DNA of 64,000 nt from Octopus vulgaris. Lineage: Eukaryota. Below are positions 38,501 through 51,450 of this stretch, piece by piece. The stretch spans positions 150,164,001 through 150,228,000 of the forward strand of contig OX597816.1 in assembly GCA_951406725.2 (NCBI GenBank), read 5' to 3'. How positions within the stretch are numbered: the stretch's first letter is position 1; the number at the start of each line of letters is the position of its first letter. The notes beneath the pieces are model-generated. The model ran no database searches, had not been told where the DNA came from, and saw only the letters and a program-made list of their open reading frames with translations. Position numbers and translations under genes: made by a program.

Positions 38501-39615
38501 GGGATGATAAAAATCAGTACTTCAAGCAAAATTAACTCATAGTATTTTGTTTGATCAAATACTATCTTGGTTGGTTTCCCTACTCTTATTCAAGTTTACC
38601 TTTTACTTTCTTCTACTGCTAATAAAATAAGCACCTAACAACTGGGATCAATATCATCAACTAAAATCTTTGAAGGCCCCAGCATGACCACACTCCAATG
38701 AATAAAATCAGTAAAAAAATGAAAGAATAAAAACAAGAAACTCAGCAAAGTAATGGAATTAAGCTTCAAACAAATCAACACAGACATATAACTGCCAAAC
38801 ACTATTCTAAATGACATTTTCAATCATTTTTTTAATGGAACACTTTTCTAACATGAACTCATAAATTTACATATATATTCAAAAGTATCCCTTGAATGAT
38901 ACAAAAAGCCTACTTGTTTTACAACTACAGTATGGGATAGAATGTGTATCATGATTAGGGAATGATTAAGAGGGTTAAGTGAGAGTGATGTAAAACTTAA
39001 AAAGAATGTAATAATCTTTGTAACTGTTGAAGAATAACTGGATTAAGTTATCTAAACTGCACTCAGCAACCCACTGGAATATATTTAGGAACATAAAACA
39101 AGATTTCGTAGATATATTTTTAAATGAATGAATCTTTTAGTGATGTATTTTTAGCATGGTTGTATGACTTGACATAATGCACTCATAGAACGTGACTTTT
39201 ATGGGTCAAAATTTGATAGTTATTTTCTGTAATAGTAGATATACATAAAAGAGCAAACTGTTTAATATGGTTCTTGGGGAAAAGGTTTTGGGAAGGAGTG
39301 CAATTAGAAGTACCTAAAAGATATTTTCAGTGATGACTGAAGCAAAATGAAAACACTTCTGAGGAAACCAACATTAGGAAAGAAAGAACCTATAATGGTT
39401 TTAATGTTATACAATCTTATAAAACAAGATGATAAAATCAGGTGAATTAGATTTCTGCAACTGACCTGCAAGTGTTATAGTTCTTTCAGTCACCTGTTCT
39501 TTAAGTGATACAGTTTTGTTGCATAGTTACAGATGTTTAGAAAGAAATCACCGTGCAAACAGGTTTTGGTAGTTTTGATGGGGTCTTGGTTGGAAAGCAA
39601 CATAAACATAACATA

Positions 39616-39780
39616 GGCGCAGGAGTGGCTGTGTGGCAAGTAGCTTGCTAACCAACTACATGGTTCCGGGTTCAGTCCCACTGCGTGGCATCTTGGGCAA
39701 GTGTCTTCTGCTATAGCCCTGGGCCAACCAATGCCTTGTGAGTGGATTTGGTAGGCGGAAACTGAAAGAAGCCCGTTGTA

Positions 39781-39833
<53 letters not shown>

Positions 39834-40030
39834 CTGTGTTTGTCCCCCTAGCATTGCTTGACAACCAATGCTGGTGTGTTTACGTCCCCGTCACTTAGCG
39901 GTTCGGCAAAAGAGACAACCGATAAAATAAGTACTGGGCTTACAAAGAATAAGTCCCGGGGTTGATTTGCTCGACTAAAGGCGGTGCTCCAGCATGGCCG
40001 CAGTCAAATGAGTGAAACAAGTAAAAGAGT
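39616..40030 (+). mobile_element. Full-length, little-diverged SINE family A
   Basis: A box TGGCTGTGTGG, B box GGTTCAGTCCC, CORE-like GGCATCTTGGGCAAGTG, internal (TA)n(TG)n, CpG-retaining tail ending GAAACAAGTAAAAGAGT. Confidence 0.92.
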
Positions 40031-40591
40031 ATATGCATAGACACATACCAGCATGCACCTAAGACATCACAATTTTATAATAAAAGTTCTGCTTGTTGTA
40101 GGCAATAAGTGAATAACAGAAGGAAAAGGGTCAACTCCAGTACTAGATTCAAAAGATATGATGTGTATCTAGGTTTCGAAGTAATATATGCATAAAAAAT
40201 ACATAGATGCATGCATGCAATGGCATATCAGTGTGATACACATACACACTCACTCACACATGTAAATGAAAACGGGGGCTCTTTAGCCTTGCTGTACGCA
40301 ATCTTTAGTATTAGTGAATTGATAAAAATGTACTCAGTCTAAAGGAGTTCACAGTAGGAAGAACATCCAACTATAAAAACAGATAAAAATATGACATACA
40401 TAACAACAAAGTCTGATGATTAGCTCTGCAGCTGTGTGTATTCCTGATGACAAAGGACTGTAACAGGTAGCAAAATGCTGTGAGACCTATTCAATCTGTG
40501 CAAGCATAGGAAATGACAATGAGTAATATGAAAACGATCAAAATTTGTGTATATCTATATATTTTAAATAACAGAATAATATAATGTAATA

Positions 40592-40633
<42 letters not shown>

Positions 40634-42514
40634 GATGCTATCAAAGACTGTTGTTCTAGCATTGTAAGAAACAGAAAGAGGACACAATGAAAGTAGTAAT
40701 ATTTTTGAGCTGTGTTGCAGTAGAAGCAGTTTTGTTCCTTTTATGATATATTTAAATTACTTTTAGAAAATCTTAATATATTTGTTGCTTATGATGAAAG
40801 AATAGCCAAAATATGGGTGGAAAACTGATACAAAAAGTAAAAGAGTTTAAAGCAATATATGTTTTAATGTTGATCTACAAATCAAAAGAGCAAGTGGGAA
40901 AAGTTAGATCAGTAGGCACAAAGAATATGAAAAACATCTGCTTATCTTGAGAGTGAGACATTATCAGAACAAAGATTTATAGAGATTTTATTATTAGTTT
41001 TATAAATTAGAAAACTGGTGAGATATATAAGAATTATTAAACATTTTATGTAAAAGATAAAAATAGAGGTAGAAAGTTTAATTCACAAGTAACTTTAGTA
41101 AAAATATAATAGAAACGAATATAAGGTGGGATCCATTGCATTATTGTCTAATATCAAAATCCAGCAGAGTTCACTGACAAATCGACTAATTAGATGAAAT
41201 GAAAATGCACTCCAAATGACAGACTATAGGAAGAAAAATAGAGTTTATGGAGGAAACATTTGCTAGCTATAGATTCATATTAGAATATAACATTTATTGA
41301 ACCAATAAGGCAATTTCCATACTTTTATTACTAAAACTGAGGTAAGAAAGATATGCAAGCTATTTCACTTTTTCATACTAGTTTAGCTTTTAAAAATAAC
41401 AATGTCAAAGGGAATATAATTTTTCATTTTGATCTTTAAAATAGGAAATAAACAACAACATTCCAATCCAACAATATTGTATGAATAAATAGATTTTAAA
41501 ATTAATAAGGAGGAATTTCAAGAGATTATAAAGCCTGTTCTTTACACTGGGCTGACCCTGTATCCATCAAATGAAGTTTAGTGTGAACGAAAGAGTAAGC
41601 AAGAAATCATTCTACTTGAAATTTTACAAGAAATTTATTCTTTTCTAAAATCTTCCATGATCTCATAATTAAATCAACTGTAACCAAGTTGTTTGGTAAT
41701 AAAATATTCTTAGTGTTGTGGTAGTTGATAGTCATGTGGTTAGAGTATTTTGGAAACCATTTGGTTCTTTATGTAAAAAATATTCAGTTTCTTTTCATAA
41801 TAGCTAAGATTATGGGAGTCTTGGCGTGTTTTCTCATGTCACCTGGCAAACACAGTAACAAAGAAACTATGCAAAATTTGTTGCTGACTATATTTTATGG
41901 TGTGGATTAGAAATATTATATTGTGTTGTAGACACTAGAAAGGTTGTCCTATGCAGGAGAACTAAAGAGCACTGCCCCCTATCATATATCAGTTCTAATT
42001 TTGAAGTTATTGACCTCCTATAATGTGGCTTGTAGACTTCACATCACATTCACACATTCCATTTTTTAAACACAGTTTCTACAGCTGGATGTTCTTCCTA
42101 TTACCAACTACTTTACATCATGTATTGGGTGCATTTTATTGTATGAGCAGCACTATAGGATTTGTCTCACATGGAGAAATTAAATACTCCCCTCCAACCT
42201 GTAGCAATTTTTATTCAGAGTTTTTATCTTCTTTGCTGTAGTGTGGTTTGTGGAAAAGTTTTTAATACTGCTTAGCTCTGTAACCACTTTGTTACTGTAA
42301 CTCTTACAGGGGAATTTAAAACATTTTTTCTTTATATATATATACATGTATTTGTGTGTGTATGTGTGTGTGTGCATATGTATGCCCACATGCAATTTGC
42401 TATAAAATATTTTTCTCAAATAAAAATTTATTTTGTGCAATTCATTTTCTAAATATGATGAAATGTATTGCCTAAATCAAAGAAGTCTATAAAAAAAATA
42501 ATTATGCTACAATA

Positions 42515-42732
42515 TTGGCTTCAAATTTTGCCACAAGGTCAAGAATTTTGGGGGCAGGGTTAAGTTGATTACATCAATTCCAGTACTCAACTGATACTTA
42601 TTTTATCAAACTTGAAAGGAATGAAAGGCAAAGTTGACCTTGGTGGAATTTGAACTCAGAAGGTAAAACCAGATGAAAAGCTGCTAAGCATTTTGCCTAG
42701 TATGCTAAAAATTCTGCTATCTTGCTGCCTTT
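42515..42732 (-). mobile_element. SINE family B
   Basis: GAAAGGCAAAGTTGACCTTGGTGGAATTTGAACTCAGAA. Confidence 0.88.
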
Positions 42733-42799
42733 AATGATGCTATAATATTAAATGAAATACATAAAATGTATAAACAATATAGAATTATATAAACTGTTA

Positions 42800-43290
42800 T
42801 ATCATCCTCATCGTTTAACATCCACTTCCTATGCTGGCATGGGTTGGATGGTTTGACTAAAGACTGGTGAGCCAGATGGCTGTACCAGGCTCCAATCTGA
42901 TCTGGCAGAGTTTCTACAGCTGGATGCCCTTCCTAACACCAACCACTCCGAGAGTGTAGTGGGTGCTTTTACGTGTCACTGGCACGAGGGCCAGTCAGGT
43001 GGGACTGGCACCGACCACACTCAAATGGTGTTTTCTACATGCCACCTGCACAGGAGCCAGTCCGGCAGCACTGGCAACGACCTCGCTCAAATGCTGTTTT
43101 TCACGTGCCACCAGCACAAGTGCCAGTAAGACGACGATGGTAATGCTCAAATGGTGCTTTTTACGTGCCATCGGCACAGGAGCCAGTCAGTGGCCCTGGC
43201 AACGATCACACTCAGATGGTGCTCTTAACGTTCCACTAGCACGGATGCCAGCCAGGCAGTGCTGTCATCAGCCACATCAGCGAATTTGAT
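42800..43290 (-). mobile_element. RTE tail with about five internal ~60-bp tandem units
   Basis: Repeated GGTGCTTTTTACGTGCCACC.GCAC.GGAGCCAGT units after the family tail. Confidence 0.88.
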
Positions 43291-43925
43291 TTCTATAAAA
43301 TATATTAAATAAATTCCATTTAAACATTATTAATATTAGTGTAAGACAGCTAAATAGCAAAATTGACAGGGTGCTTGTATTTTCTTACATCCATTGTTCC
43401 CACAACACTGCAATGTATGCTTATGCACACATATTTTGATATCAGTACAAAAAAGAAATTATGTGCACAAGAAATTAATGTGAATATAAAAGGTTACACT
43501 AATATATTAATTGATCATATAAATTCAGTATGCACATGCTTTTCTCACAGAAAACAAGATTTTTTAGCACACTGACTATTAAATGTTGTTATTATTACTT
43601 GCAACCTTTAATTTGAGTTTAAATTTTGTCACAGTTAACTTTGAGTTGCAGCTGCATGGGGGATGATAAAATATCAGTCATGTACAAGGCTAAATTTAAT
43701 TGACTATACCCAAGGGCCAAGGAACAGGAGGTGCAGGTGGTGCACTTGCACCCCTAAAATTTTTAGCAGGTGCAAAATCAACATCTGCAGCTTCTACATA
43801 AGTATTTTTTAACCTTTTTACCCTTGCGTAATCCTTCAAATAAATTACGTGTCTCAAGGAACCCCTGCAGAAAAAAATTATATACCATAGCTTTCTCATA
43901 TTTTTTCATTTGTAGCTCATGTGGT

Positions 43926-43977
<52 letters not shown>

Positions 43978-44206
43978 TACACAAAGTATGGGGGGTTTAG
44001 TTCACAGGTGATCTAAATGATTAGGTACACTAGGTAAGTGCTGTAACAGATTACTGGGGCTCCAAAGTTGTAGCCACGACAGTAGTTATGGAGCCATTGC
44101 AGATTTCCAGTGCAGTGGATATATAATTGTTAAACAGGATGTCAAACATTAAGGCAAGGCAAACATTTCAAGTCATATACAATATTATTATAGGAAGAAA
44201 TTCAAA

Positions 44207-44262
44207 ATCTTACACCTGTTTCTGGGATATACCCATGAATGGGATATTCCATCATCAGAGAC
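44207..44262 (-). ncRNA. Type I hammerhead ribozyme with canonical core
   Basis: GTCT-CTGATGA-TGGAATAT CCCAT tc ATGGG t ATATCCCA-GAAAC AGGT GTA^AGAT: intact CUGAUGA, GAAA and GUA, long stem II, 4-bp stem I. Confidence 0.8.
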
Positions 44263-44881
44263 AAATAGGGGGCAAAAAATATGGAAAATGAGAATGGTAT
44301 ATATTAATAATATGACAACATAGAGAAAAGGAGTAAAAGAATAAGGAGATGGAAAGAGAAAAGAAAAAAGAAGCATAACAGTTCACAGTTCAACTTTCTG
44401 AATTTATAGAAACCAAAGAATGAGTCCTTAGGTGCAATCCTGCGTAGATCCACAAGTTTAAGTCTTTAGGCACAGAATTACCTTTAAAGGTAAATATTTC
44501 TGTCCGCTTTGTAATGATAAAATGTATTTCATCCTGTTCACAGAGAATCCTCTTTTAAACACGTTTAAAGAATGTGTTTATCATTGCAAACATAGGCAAA
44601 AACATACCTTTAATGATTTCTGCCATTCTATAAAAATTCGACCTTTAACTGTCTTCTTACATTTCACCTCCACTAAATATGTCTAATTCTAAGCCTTTAA
44701 GATTTATTCCTCTATATCTCTCCACTATTATGACGTATATTTGCCATTTGAATATGGCTAACCCTTAAGGGTGGATGCTACTGTAGTTTGTAGCCCCAGG
44801 AGGACACCTCCTCCAGCTGGCTATAGACACACTTTCTGTGCCCTATCAGTATTTGCGAAGGGAAGCCATCCTTCCCGTCTT

Positions 44882-44951
44882 CAACTTATGATACACACGG
44901 ACTTGAGTTTCAGAGTATTGACCCGTCATCGGCGTGTGACAATCATAGTTG
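44882..44951 (-). ncRNA. Type I hammerhead ribozyme (U4C in this copy)
   Basis: CAACTATGAT tgt CACACG-CCGATGA-C GGGT caat ACTC T-GAAAC TCAA GTC^CGTGTG t ATCATAAGTTG: 6-bp stem I plus an extended stem with an internal loop. Confidence 0.8.
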
Positions 44952-45566
44952 TCCTCATGAGACTTATCTCACTATTAGTTTTCTGCTAATTTCTTTCTTT
45001 CTCCTCCTTCTCTTTCTATAAACTGCCTTTAACATTATATCTATTAACAGTTTTTTTAAAAAAAACTTGCTAGCGTTCCCTTCCTCATATATGCGATCAT
45101 CACATTCTGTTAAAATGTCTTACTGATGTGTTTGGTTTCTTTTGTTTCCCTGATGAGAAGATCGCATTGTTTTACATCATTTTATTCCTTTTGTACCAAA
45201 AGAGCATCCCAATATTTTATTACTCATCTTTTTTCTACTTGACCAGTGTGTAGGTGTAGGTAAGACCTGTAATTTGTTTCATCTCCTGCCTAGCATTCAA
45301 TTCAACCCCCCCAGTTTATCTTTTCACTTTTCATTCTTTTCTTCCCTTCAATTCCATCACTCTCTCCTTCTCCTGAGCACTCTCATCAAACCTTTGGAAC
45401 ACAAGCACCACTATTTTCTTTCTGTTTTTTGTTAGTTTTTGTCATGTAGTGTCCCACATTTTGAAATACATGCAATTTGTACTTTTACTGTTTATGTTTG
45501 CTTCGCTTGATATTAAACATTTTAATATACAAAATATACTTTACATTATTATATATACTATACATT

Positions 45567-45833
45567 AATGCAAAAGGCATTGTGTTTATTGACTGTCTTC
45601 ACAATGATCACACCATCAGTGGAAAGTTCAATGCCAACTTGCTAAGGCATTTATAAAAGGCTATCAAGACTAAGCTCCCAGAAAAACTGATGAATGGGGT
45701 CTTGTTTCATGAGGACAATGCTTCAGCACACAAGTCCTTGGTTTCAATTGCTGTTGTGTATGACTGACTTTGAACTGGTTGATCTCCCTATGTTAGTGAT
45801 TTGGTTCCATCTGATTATCATCTGTTTCCCAAT
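45567..45833 (+). mobile_element. mariner (DD34D, irritans-like) transposase remnant
   Basis: AKGIVFIDCLHNDHTISGKFNANLLRHL*KAIKTKLPEKLMNGVLFHEDNASAHKS...ELVDLP..SDLVPSDYHLFPN. Confidence 0.9.
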
Positions 45834-48149
45834 AAATTTTTCAGTTACCCTGAAGTTTACAGAGACCTTTTTGATTTAAATTTATCCTAAAGCAGTGAGT
45901 TTACTAGAAATTGCAGAGAGCTAAATTACTTTTTCTCCCTCCACAGTCTAATTACAAATTCCACCTGAGTTGAATTTTCACTCCAACCACAAGGAATGTT
46001 GCTTTTTAACCTTAGTTCTACCCTGATCAAATAGACCTATAATTAAGGATATTTTGACGAGAACTCTCCTGTTTGTTTTCGTTTTTTCTTTCAGGACATA
46101 ATGTATCTAGGATTTCCTTATTACGTAAGTCCTTCCTTTTGATGAAATATGTGTTATACTAGGTAGCTTTGATTAACTACAAATAGCTTCTTCAACAACA
46201 ATTAGCCTGCCTCTAGGTACGAAATCAATGTCTATATTAAGTTGTATTAAGCATACACACATGCAAACAAAAATATCTTATCCATGTGCATGAAATTTAA
46301 TAGTGTTAAAGTTATGCAATCGAGGAACAATTTTAAGATAAACTGAAGTTACAAAATATTTTAAGATTAACTAAATATACTAAATTGTGAGAAATAGTTT
46401 CAGATTCTGCAGAAACAATATTGGCAAATTCTTGGTAAACAGAATAAGGAGGAGAAGCTAGAAAACTATATATTATTTTTTTTCCTTTTTCCTTTTGTCT
46501 TTTGAGAAACTGCAATAGTCATTGTAGACTTTGGCAGGCTGTCAATAACCCATAGCAGAAAGAATGAATATATGCAGAGAAGCCTGATATTTAGGGCGAA
46601 GACATTCTACAAAAAGGTCATCATAGCAACAGCCAAAGTAGATGTTACAAAACAGACTAAGTTTGAAGATATAAAAGTCAGCTTAAATAAGACACCCATT
46701 TCTTAGCTTTGAGAGGAGAATCCAAAAGTAACAGTTGCCAATATTAAAAAAAAAACTGCTTGAATTTTTACATTGGCAGAGATAAATGCAGATATCAGAA
46801 CTACTTAAATGGTACTGATGATGGCTGAAGCTTTTTTTTTTATATATATAATGTATGATTTAATCTTCTTGATATTATTTTATCTTTCTCTCTCTCTTAA
46901 TTTTATTTATTTATTAATTTTTTACAGTAAGTGAGAAGGTATGAACAATAGAGTGCAGGAGTAGATACATTTATATATTCCAGTTTAATAATTCAAGACG
47001 TTAAGTTCAAATTCCTAAGATATTGCTTTTTTATCCCTCTGGGCTGATAAAATACATACTGGTAATTCAGTAATGTTGACTATATGTCCATAATGTAAAT
47101 GAATACATTTTGTCATTAGAAATAAAATAAAAAAATAAGTGTATAACATAAAGTGCACTAGTTCACTTAGTTTGAAATAGGCACTCTCTTCACTTCATAG
47201 CTGAGTTATTAACTTAGTCAACTACATCCAATTATACATAAAAAAAATTGCAGCTCAAGTAACTCATTCAAACAAAGTCTACAACTTGTCAAATATGCTA
47301 CAACACTTGATCTTACACTTGCTTTAAACAATGAACAAATCTAAAAACAAAACAATTTAGCCAATCAATACTCAAGTGGAAACTTCGATGTAAAAATATT
47401 GATTTCTAACATAAGCATAATGCCACTAGAGCGATCACATTTGACTGGTGATTATTTTATTGTTCCCTTACTCACCAAAGGATGGCAAAGTCAACTCTTA
47501 AAGAGACATAACTAAATACTGCACAAAATTTTTCTTCTATGCTCAACTAATCCTGCTAAATACTTCCTGTTAAATTAAGATGAAAACGATGTATAAAATG
47601 TGCAAAGAACAGTGATTAAGGAGCAGTCAATCCAAAACAATAGTTAAATATTAAAATAAATAAAATCTTAGTCAGCAATAGCTTTAGCAGTTGTCAGCTG
47701 TCTTCAAATTCCAATCCCAAATGCAAACTAAGCAATATAAACAGATCTATATCTCTCAAGATTATATGACTTTAAAACTGCCTAATCAACATGCAGTTTT
47801 TCCTCACTTGTAAAATTACACCACATGAACATTCCTTCACCTTATCCTCATTGTTAATATTGCTGCCTGAATTTTATTTTATTCCAAGATTCTGCTTCAA
47901 ACAATATGTATATTATTTTTAATCAAAAACTCAATAATGTTGAACTAAACAGACCAAAATATATATACAGATGTATAGAGAAATAACAACAGTTTTGAAA
48001 TATATTATTCTAAATTTGTGCATATGCATGTATGTGTAAATATATGGTGTTAGCCAGTAATTGTCCTATAGTGACTGGTTTCCTGAAACAATATTGAAGC
48101 ACAATGAAGCTTATATTCAAGTGCATTTGGTAAAAAGTATGTGCAATAC

Positions 48150-48448
48150 CATTTTAACATCCACTTTTCCAAGTTTGCATGGTCAGATGGAAATTGTTAA
48201 AGCAAATTTCCTACAGCTGGATCCCTTCCTTGTTGCTATCTCTCAATGAATGACACCAATAATATGACAGTGATACCTATTTTCAACTATCACAGGATGT
48301 CAAGATGAGAAGGCACAAATATACACTCAACTCACATATACATACATATATACCATCATCATCACTTAAGGTCCACTTTTCCAAGCTTGCATGGGTCAGA
48401 TGAAATTTGTAGGAGCAGATTTTCTATCTCAGATGCCCTTCCTGTCAC

Positions 48449-48491
<43 letters not shown>

Positions 48492-49730
48492 CATATATAT
48501 ATATATGAGCGTCTTTCAGTTTCTGTCTACTAAATCAGCTTACAAAATTTTGGTCTGCTCAAGGGTATAGGAGAAGTCACTTACTCAAGGTGCCACATAG
48601 TAGGACAGAACCAGAAATCACATGGTTGGGAAACAAATTTCTTAACTACACAGCCATGTCTGCACCTATATTTAATGTATATGGATGTTGTCTTCTGAAT
48701 CAGTTCTTTGGAATTACCACATGTCTAGGTAGACTGTAAAAGTACATTTCTTGTACATTCCATTCTTAGGTTGATTTCTATGGGTGGATGCCCTTCTTAA
48801 CATCAACTACTTTAAAGAGCATACTGGGTACATTTTATAATGTCACCAGCACGAATGTTGTATCCTTGGTGCAACAAAAGTTACATTTGGCTCTACTCAG
48901 TTTCTACACATTCATTAATCATTTTTCAAGTGTGCTGGGTGCATTTTATTATGGCTCTAAAATTGCTTTGCATCCTGCCAGAGTAAAGAGTTCTCATTAT
49001 TCTACATTATCTTTATTCATTCAACACAACTTAATAAAAGGGGGTTTTGCAGCAAGATGAACTGGGGTGTGAGAGTGAAAGAAGAGAGAGTATGATGGAA
49101 AATAAAGTGACTAGAGTGAGAAGGTGTTAGGAGTAGGAGTAAAGGAAGAGAAACAGTTGAAGAGAGTAATTAAAGAGACACTGTAATGGTAGGAAATAAC
49201 AGGAAAGAATCAGTAACAGAAGCTACATGTTTGCTGGTACGAGAGAGTGATAGATATCAATAATGATAATGTTGTGAGAGGTAAGAGAAGAGAGAGAGTA
49301 TGATGGGAGACAGAGAGATTGGGTGAAAAGGTGGTAGGAAAGGGAGTATGTTGAAAGTCATCCAACCCATGCCAAAACCAAAGCGCAGATATAAAAATGA
49401 TCATCATGATATATCGACATACATATGTACATATATACAGAAGCACATACATGTGCATATATAAATGTACACACACACACACCACCACCAACATCATTTT
49501 ATCTCTTCTTGTCATGCTACAATGGGTTGAGCAGTCATTCTGTTCTGAATTAGTTCTTATTCAGAATTACAGCTTTTCTAGATGAGCCAGAGGACCACAT
49601 CTTCCTTGCACATGTAATTTTGGTTTGGTTTCTATAGCTGGATGCCCTACCTAATGCCGAGCACTTTACAGAGAGTAATGGGTGCATTCTATAATGGTAC
49701 CAACTCTACAGACATTGTCATGTCCTAACA
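48150..49730 (-). mobile_element. Cluster of RTE tail/UTR fragments and SINE A (48505-48668), with (TG)n at 48452-48488
   Basis: Repeated TCCACTTTTCCAAG.TTGCATGG and GATGCCCT motifs. SINE A reverse head ACACAGCCATGTCTGCACC. Confidence 0.7.
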
Positions 49731-50381
49731 ATACCAAAAAGACTGTTTGACACCCATGAATCCCCTCACTCAGCAATCATTTGACAGTGTGTCCTGAGTA
49801 GATTTATTGTGGTAACAGCACCAGTGGGGTTAGATAGCACTCCATAAGACTAGAGTCATATAAAAACATACACTACATATACTATATATGTAGGTATGGT
49901 GATTTTACAAGTTTGCATCAGTGAGTGTATATGTCAGTGTATGTGAAAGAAAGCATGAGTGTGAACATATGGTCTAGGAAACTATCACTAAAACACCTTC
50001 ACCTTTTAACTGTTACACTAGCTACTTACACTGAAGCAGCCACAGCATATGCAAGTCACACAGGTATTTGTGCATGTTTGATCAGTTTATTAAATGTTAC
50101 TGGAAGGTGGTTAGCTAAATAAAGAAGTTTAAAATTATTAAATGAGAATGGCATTCTCAGAATATAGTTTTTTTTTCCTGAAGCAGAACACTTACTGAAA
50201 TACCATTTTGGGCTGATATGAAATGAAAGAAAAGAAATATGTGTGTGTGTGTATGTGCATGTGTGTATATAAATATATATATATACATATATGTGTGTGT
50301 GTGTGTTTGTATATATATATGTATATATGTGTATTTGCGTGTGTGTATATATATATGTGTGTGTGTGTGTATATATATATA

Positions 50382-50614
50382 GGGTGGTGAGCTGGCAGAA
50401 TCATTAGCATGCTGGGCGAAATGATTAGTGATATTTTGTCTGCTGTTACTTTCTGAGTTGAAATTCCACCGAGGTCAACTTTACCTTTCATCCTTTCGGA
50501 GTCAATTAAATAAGTACCAGTTATGCACTAGGGTCGATGTAATCGACTTTATCCCCTTGTCTGTCCTTGTTTGTCCCCTCTATGTTTAGCCCCTCTGTGG
50601 GCAATAAAGAAATA
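50382..50614 (+). mobile_element. Full-length, little-diverged SINE family B
   Basis: GGTGGTGAGCTGGCAGAATC head, GAGTTGAAATTCC B-box variant, CCTTTCATCCTTTCGGAGTC..TAAGTACCAG centre, AATAAAGAAATA tail. Inserted in a TA/TG tract. Confidence 0.9.
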
Positions 50615-51264
50615 TATATATGTATATATATATATACACACACACGCATATATATCTTGAAAATTATAGGAAAGTGAACACTGAAAATTACTAAATATTT
50701 AAGTTCCAAGATATATAAGTTTAGTGCTTATATAATTATTTTCCTGCGAGCAAAGTAATTTAATATGACTTTTACATCTTTTCCATAGTCTGCTTAAAAA
50801 TATTATACACAACTAAAATCTGCCATTAAGAAGTACACTTTAATATGTTTAAAGATATGTAATAAACAAGCAATTAGTTTTAATTTAATGCAATAACAAA
50901 TTTAAATATGTTACAGCTTTACAAACCAAAGTAATCCGATGCAGAACTGAAGCTAGATACATGAAATATAAATATCTTGTGGTGAATTCAACAGCTGTTA
51001 TGATAAAAATGATTTCATTTTCTTGGATATAAATGTTCTTTTAAGTGTTTGTGGGGAAAAGGGTATAGAATCAATGGAATTAATACACAAAATTTCTTTT
51101 ATCAATGACAAGAAAAAAAAATGCAACATCAACTGTGGCAGATTCCAAACTCAAAATGATTATCTATGGAAAAAGATTCTGTAATACATGGTTGCCTTTC
51201 TAAATCACCTATAAAACAATTATTTTATAGGTATGACCTAAAACACCCAGCCCTAAAATTTGCA

Positions 51265-51450
51265 CAAAGCAACTTTGAGAGGAGAGGTTTAGTCAATACC
51301 ATAAACTCCAGTACTAGACTAGTACTTTATTTTATTGATCCCCAGAAGGATCAGAGCCCTGGCACAACTTGAACTTAGAATATAAAGACTTTGAGGAAAT
51401 ACCACAAGGCATTTTCCAATGCTCTAATGATTCTGCCAGTGTGCTGCCTT
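51265..51450 (-). mobile_element. SINE family B, degenerate
   Basis: CTAATGATTCTGCCAG..GCTGCCT head on the reverse strand, and TACTTTATTTTATTGATCCCC. Confidence 0.7.

Larger units (their letters stand above)
43985..44960 (-). mobile_element. Penelope-like/retrozyme-like unit with two hammerheads and a broken ORF start
   Basis: HHRs at 44882-44951 and 44207-44262. The frameshifted minus-strand peptide ..EIHFIITK..NSVPKDLNLW loosely resembles the PLE N-terminal H..FL....VPKGL.L. Abuts (TA)n at about 43929-43975. Confidence 0.55.

Noticed and set aside
44790-44870. HDV-like ribozyme on the plus strand (CACCTCCTCC, GCGAAGGGA)
   Set aside because: A P1-like pairing exists, but no P2/P3 arrangement fits the nested double pseudoknot.
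45148-45210. CTGATGAG on the plus strand
   Set aside because: No GAAA-stem III-NUH partner downstream.
46512-46706. About 64 open codons on the plus strand
   Set aside because: No recognisable motif or splice sites, and this length is compatible with chance.
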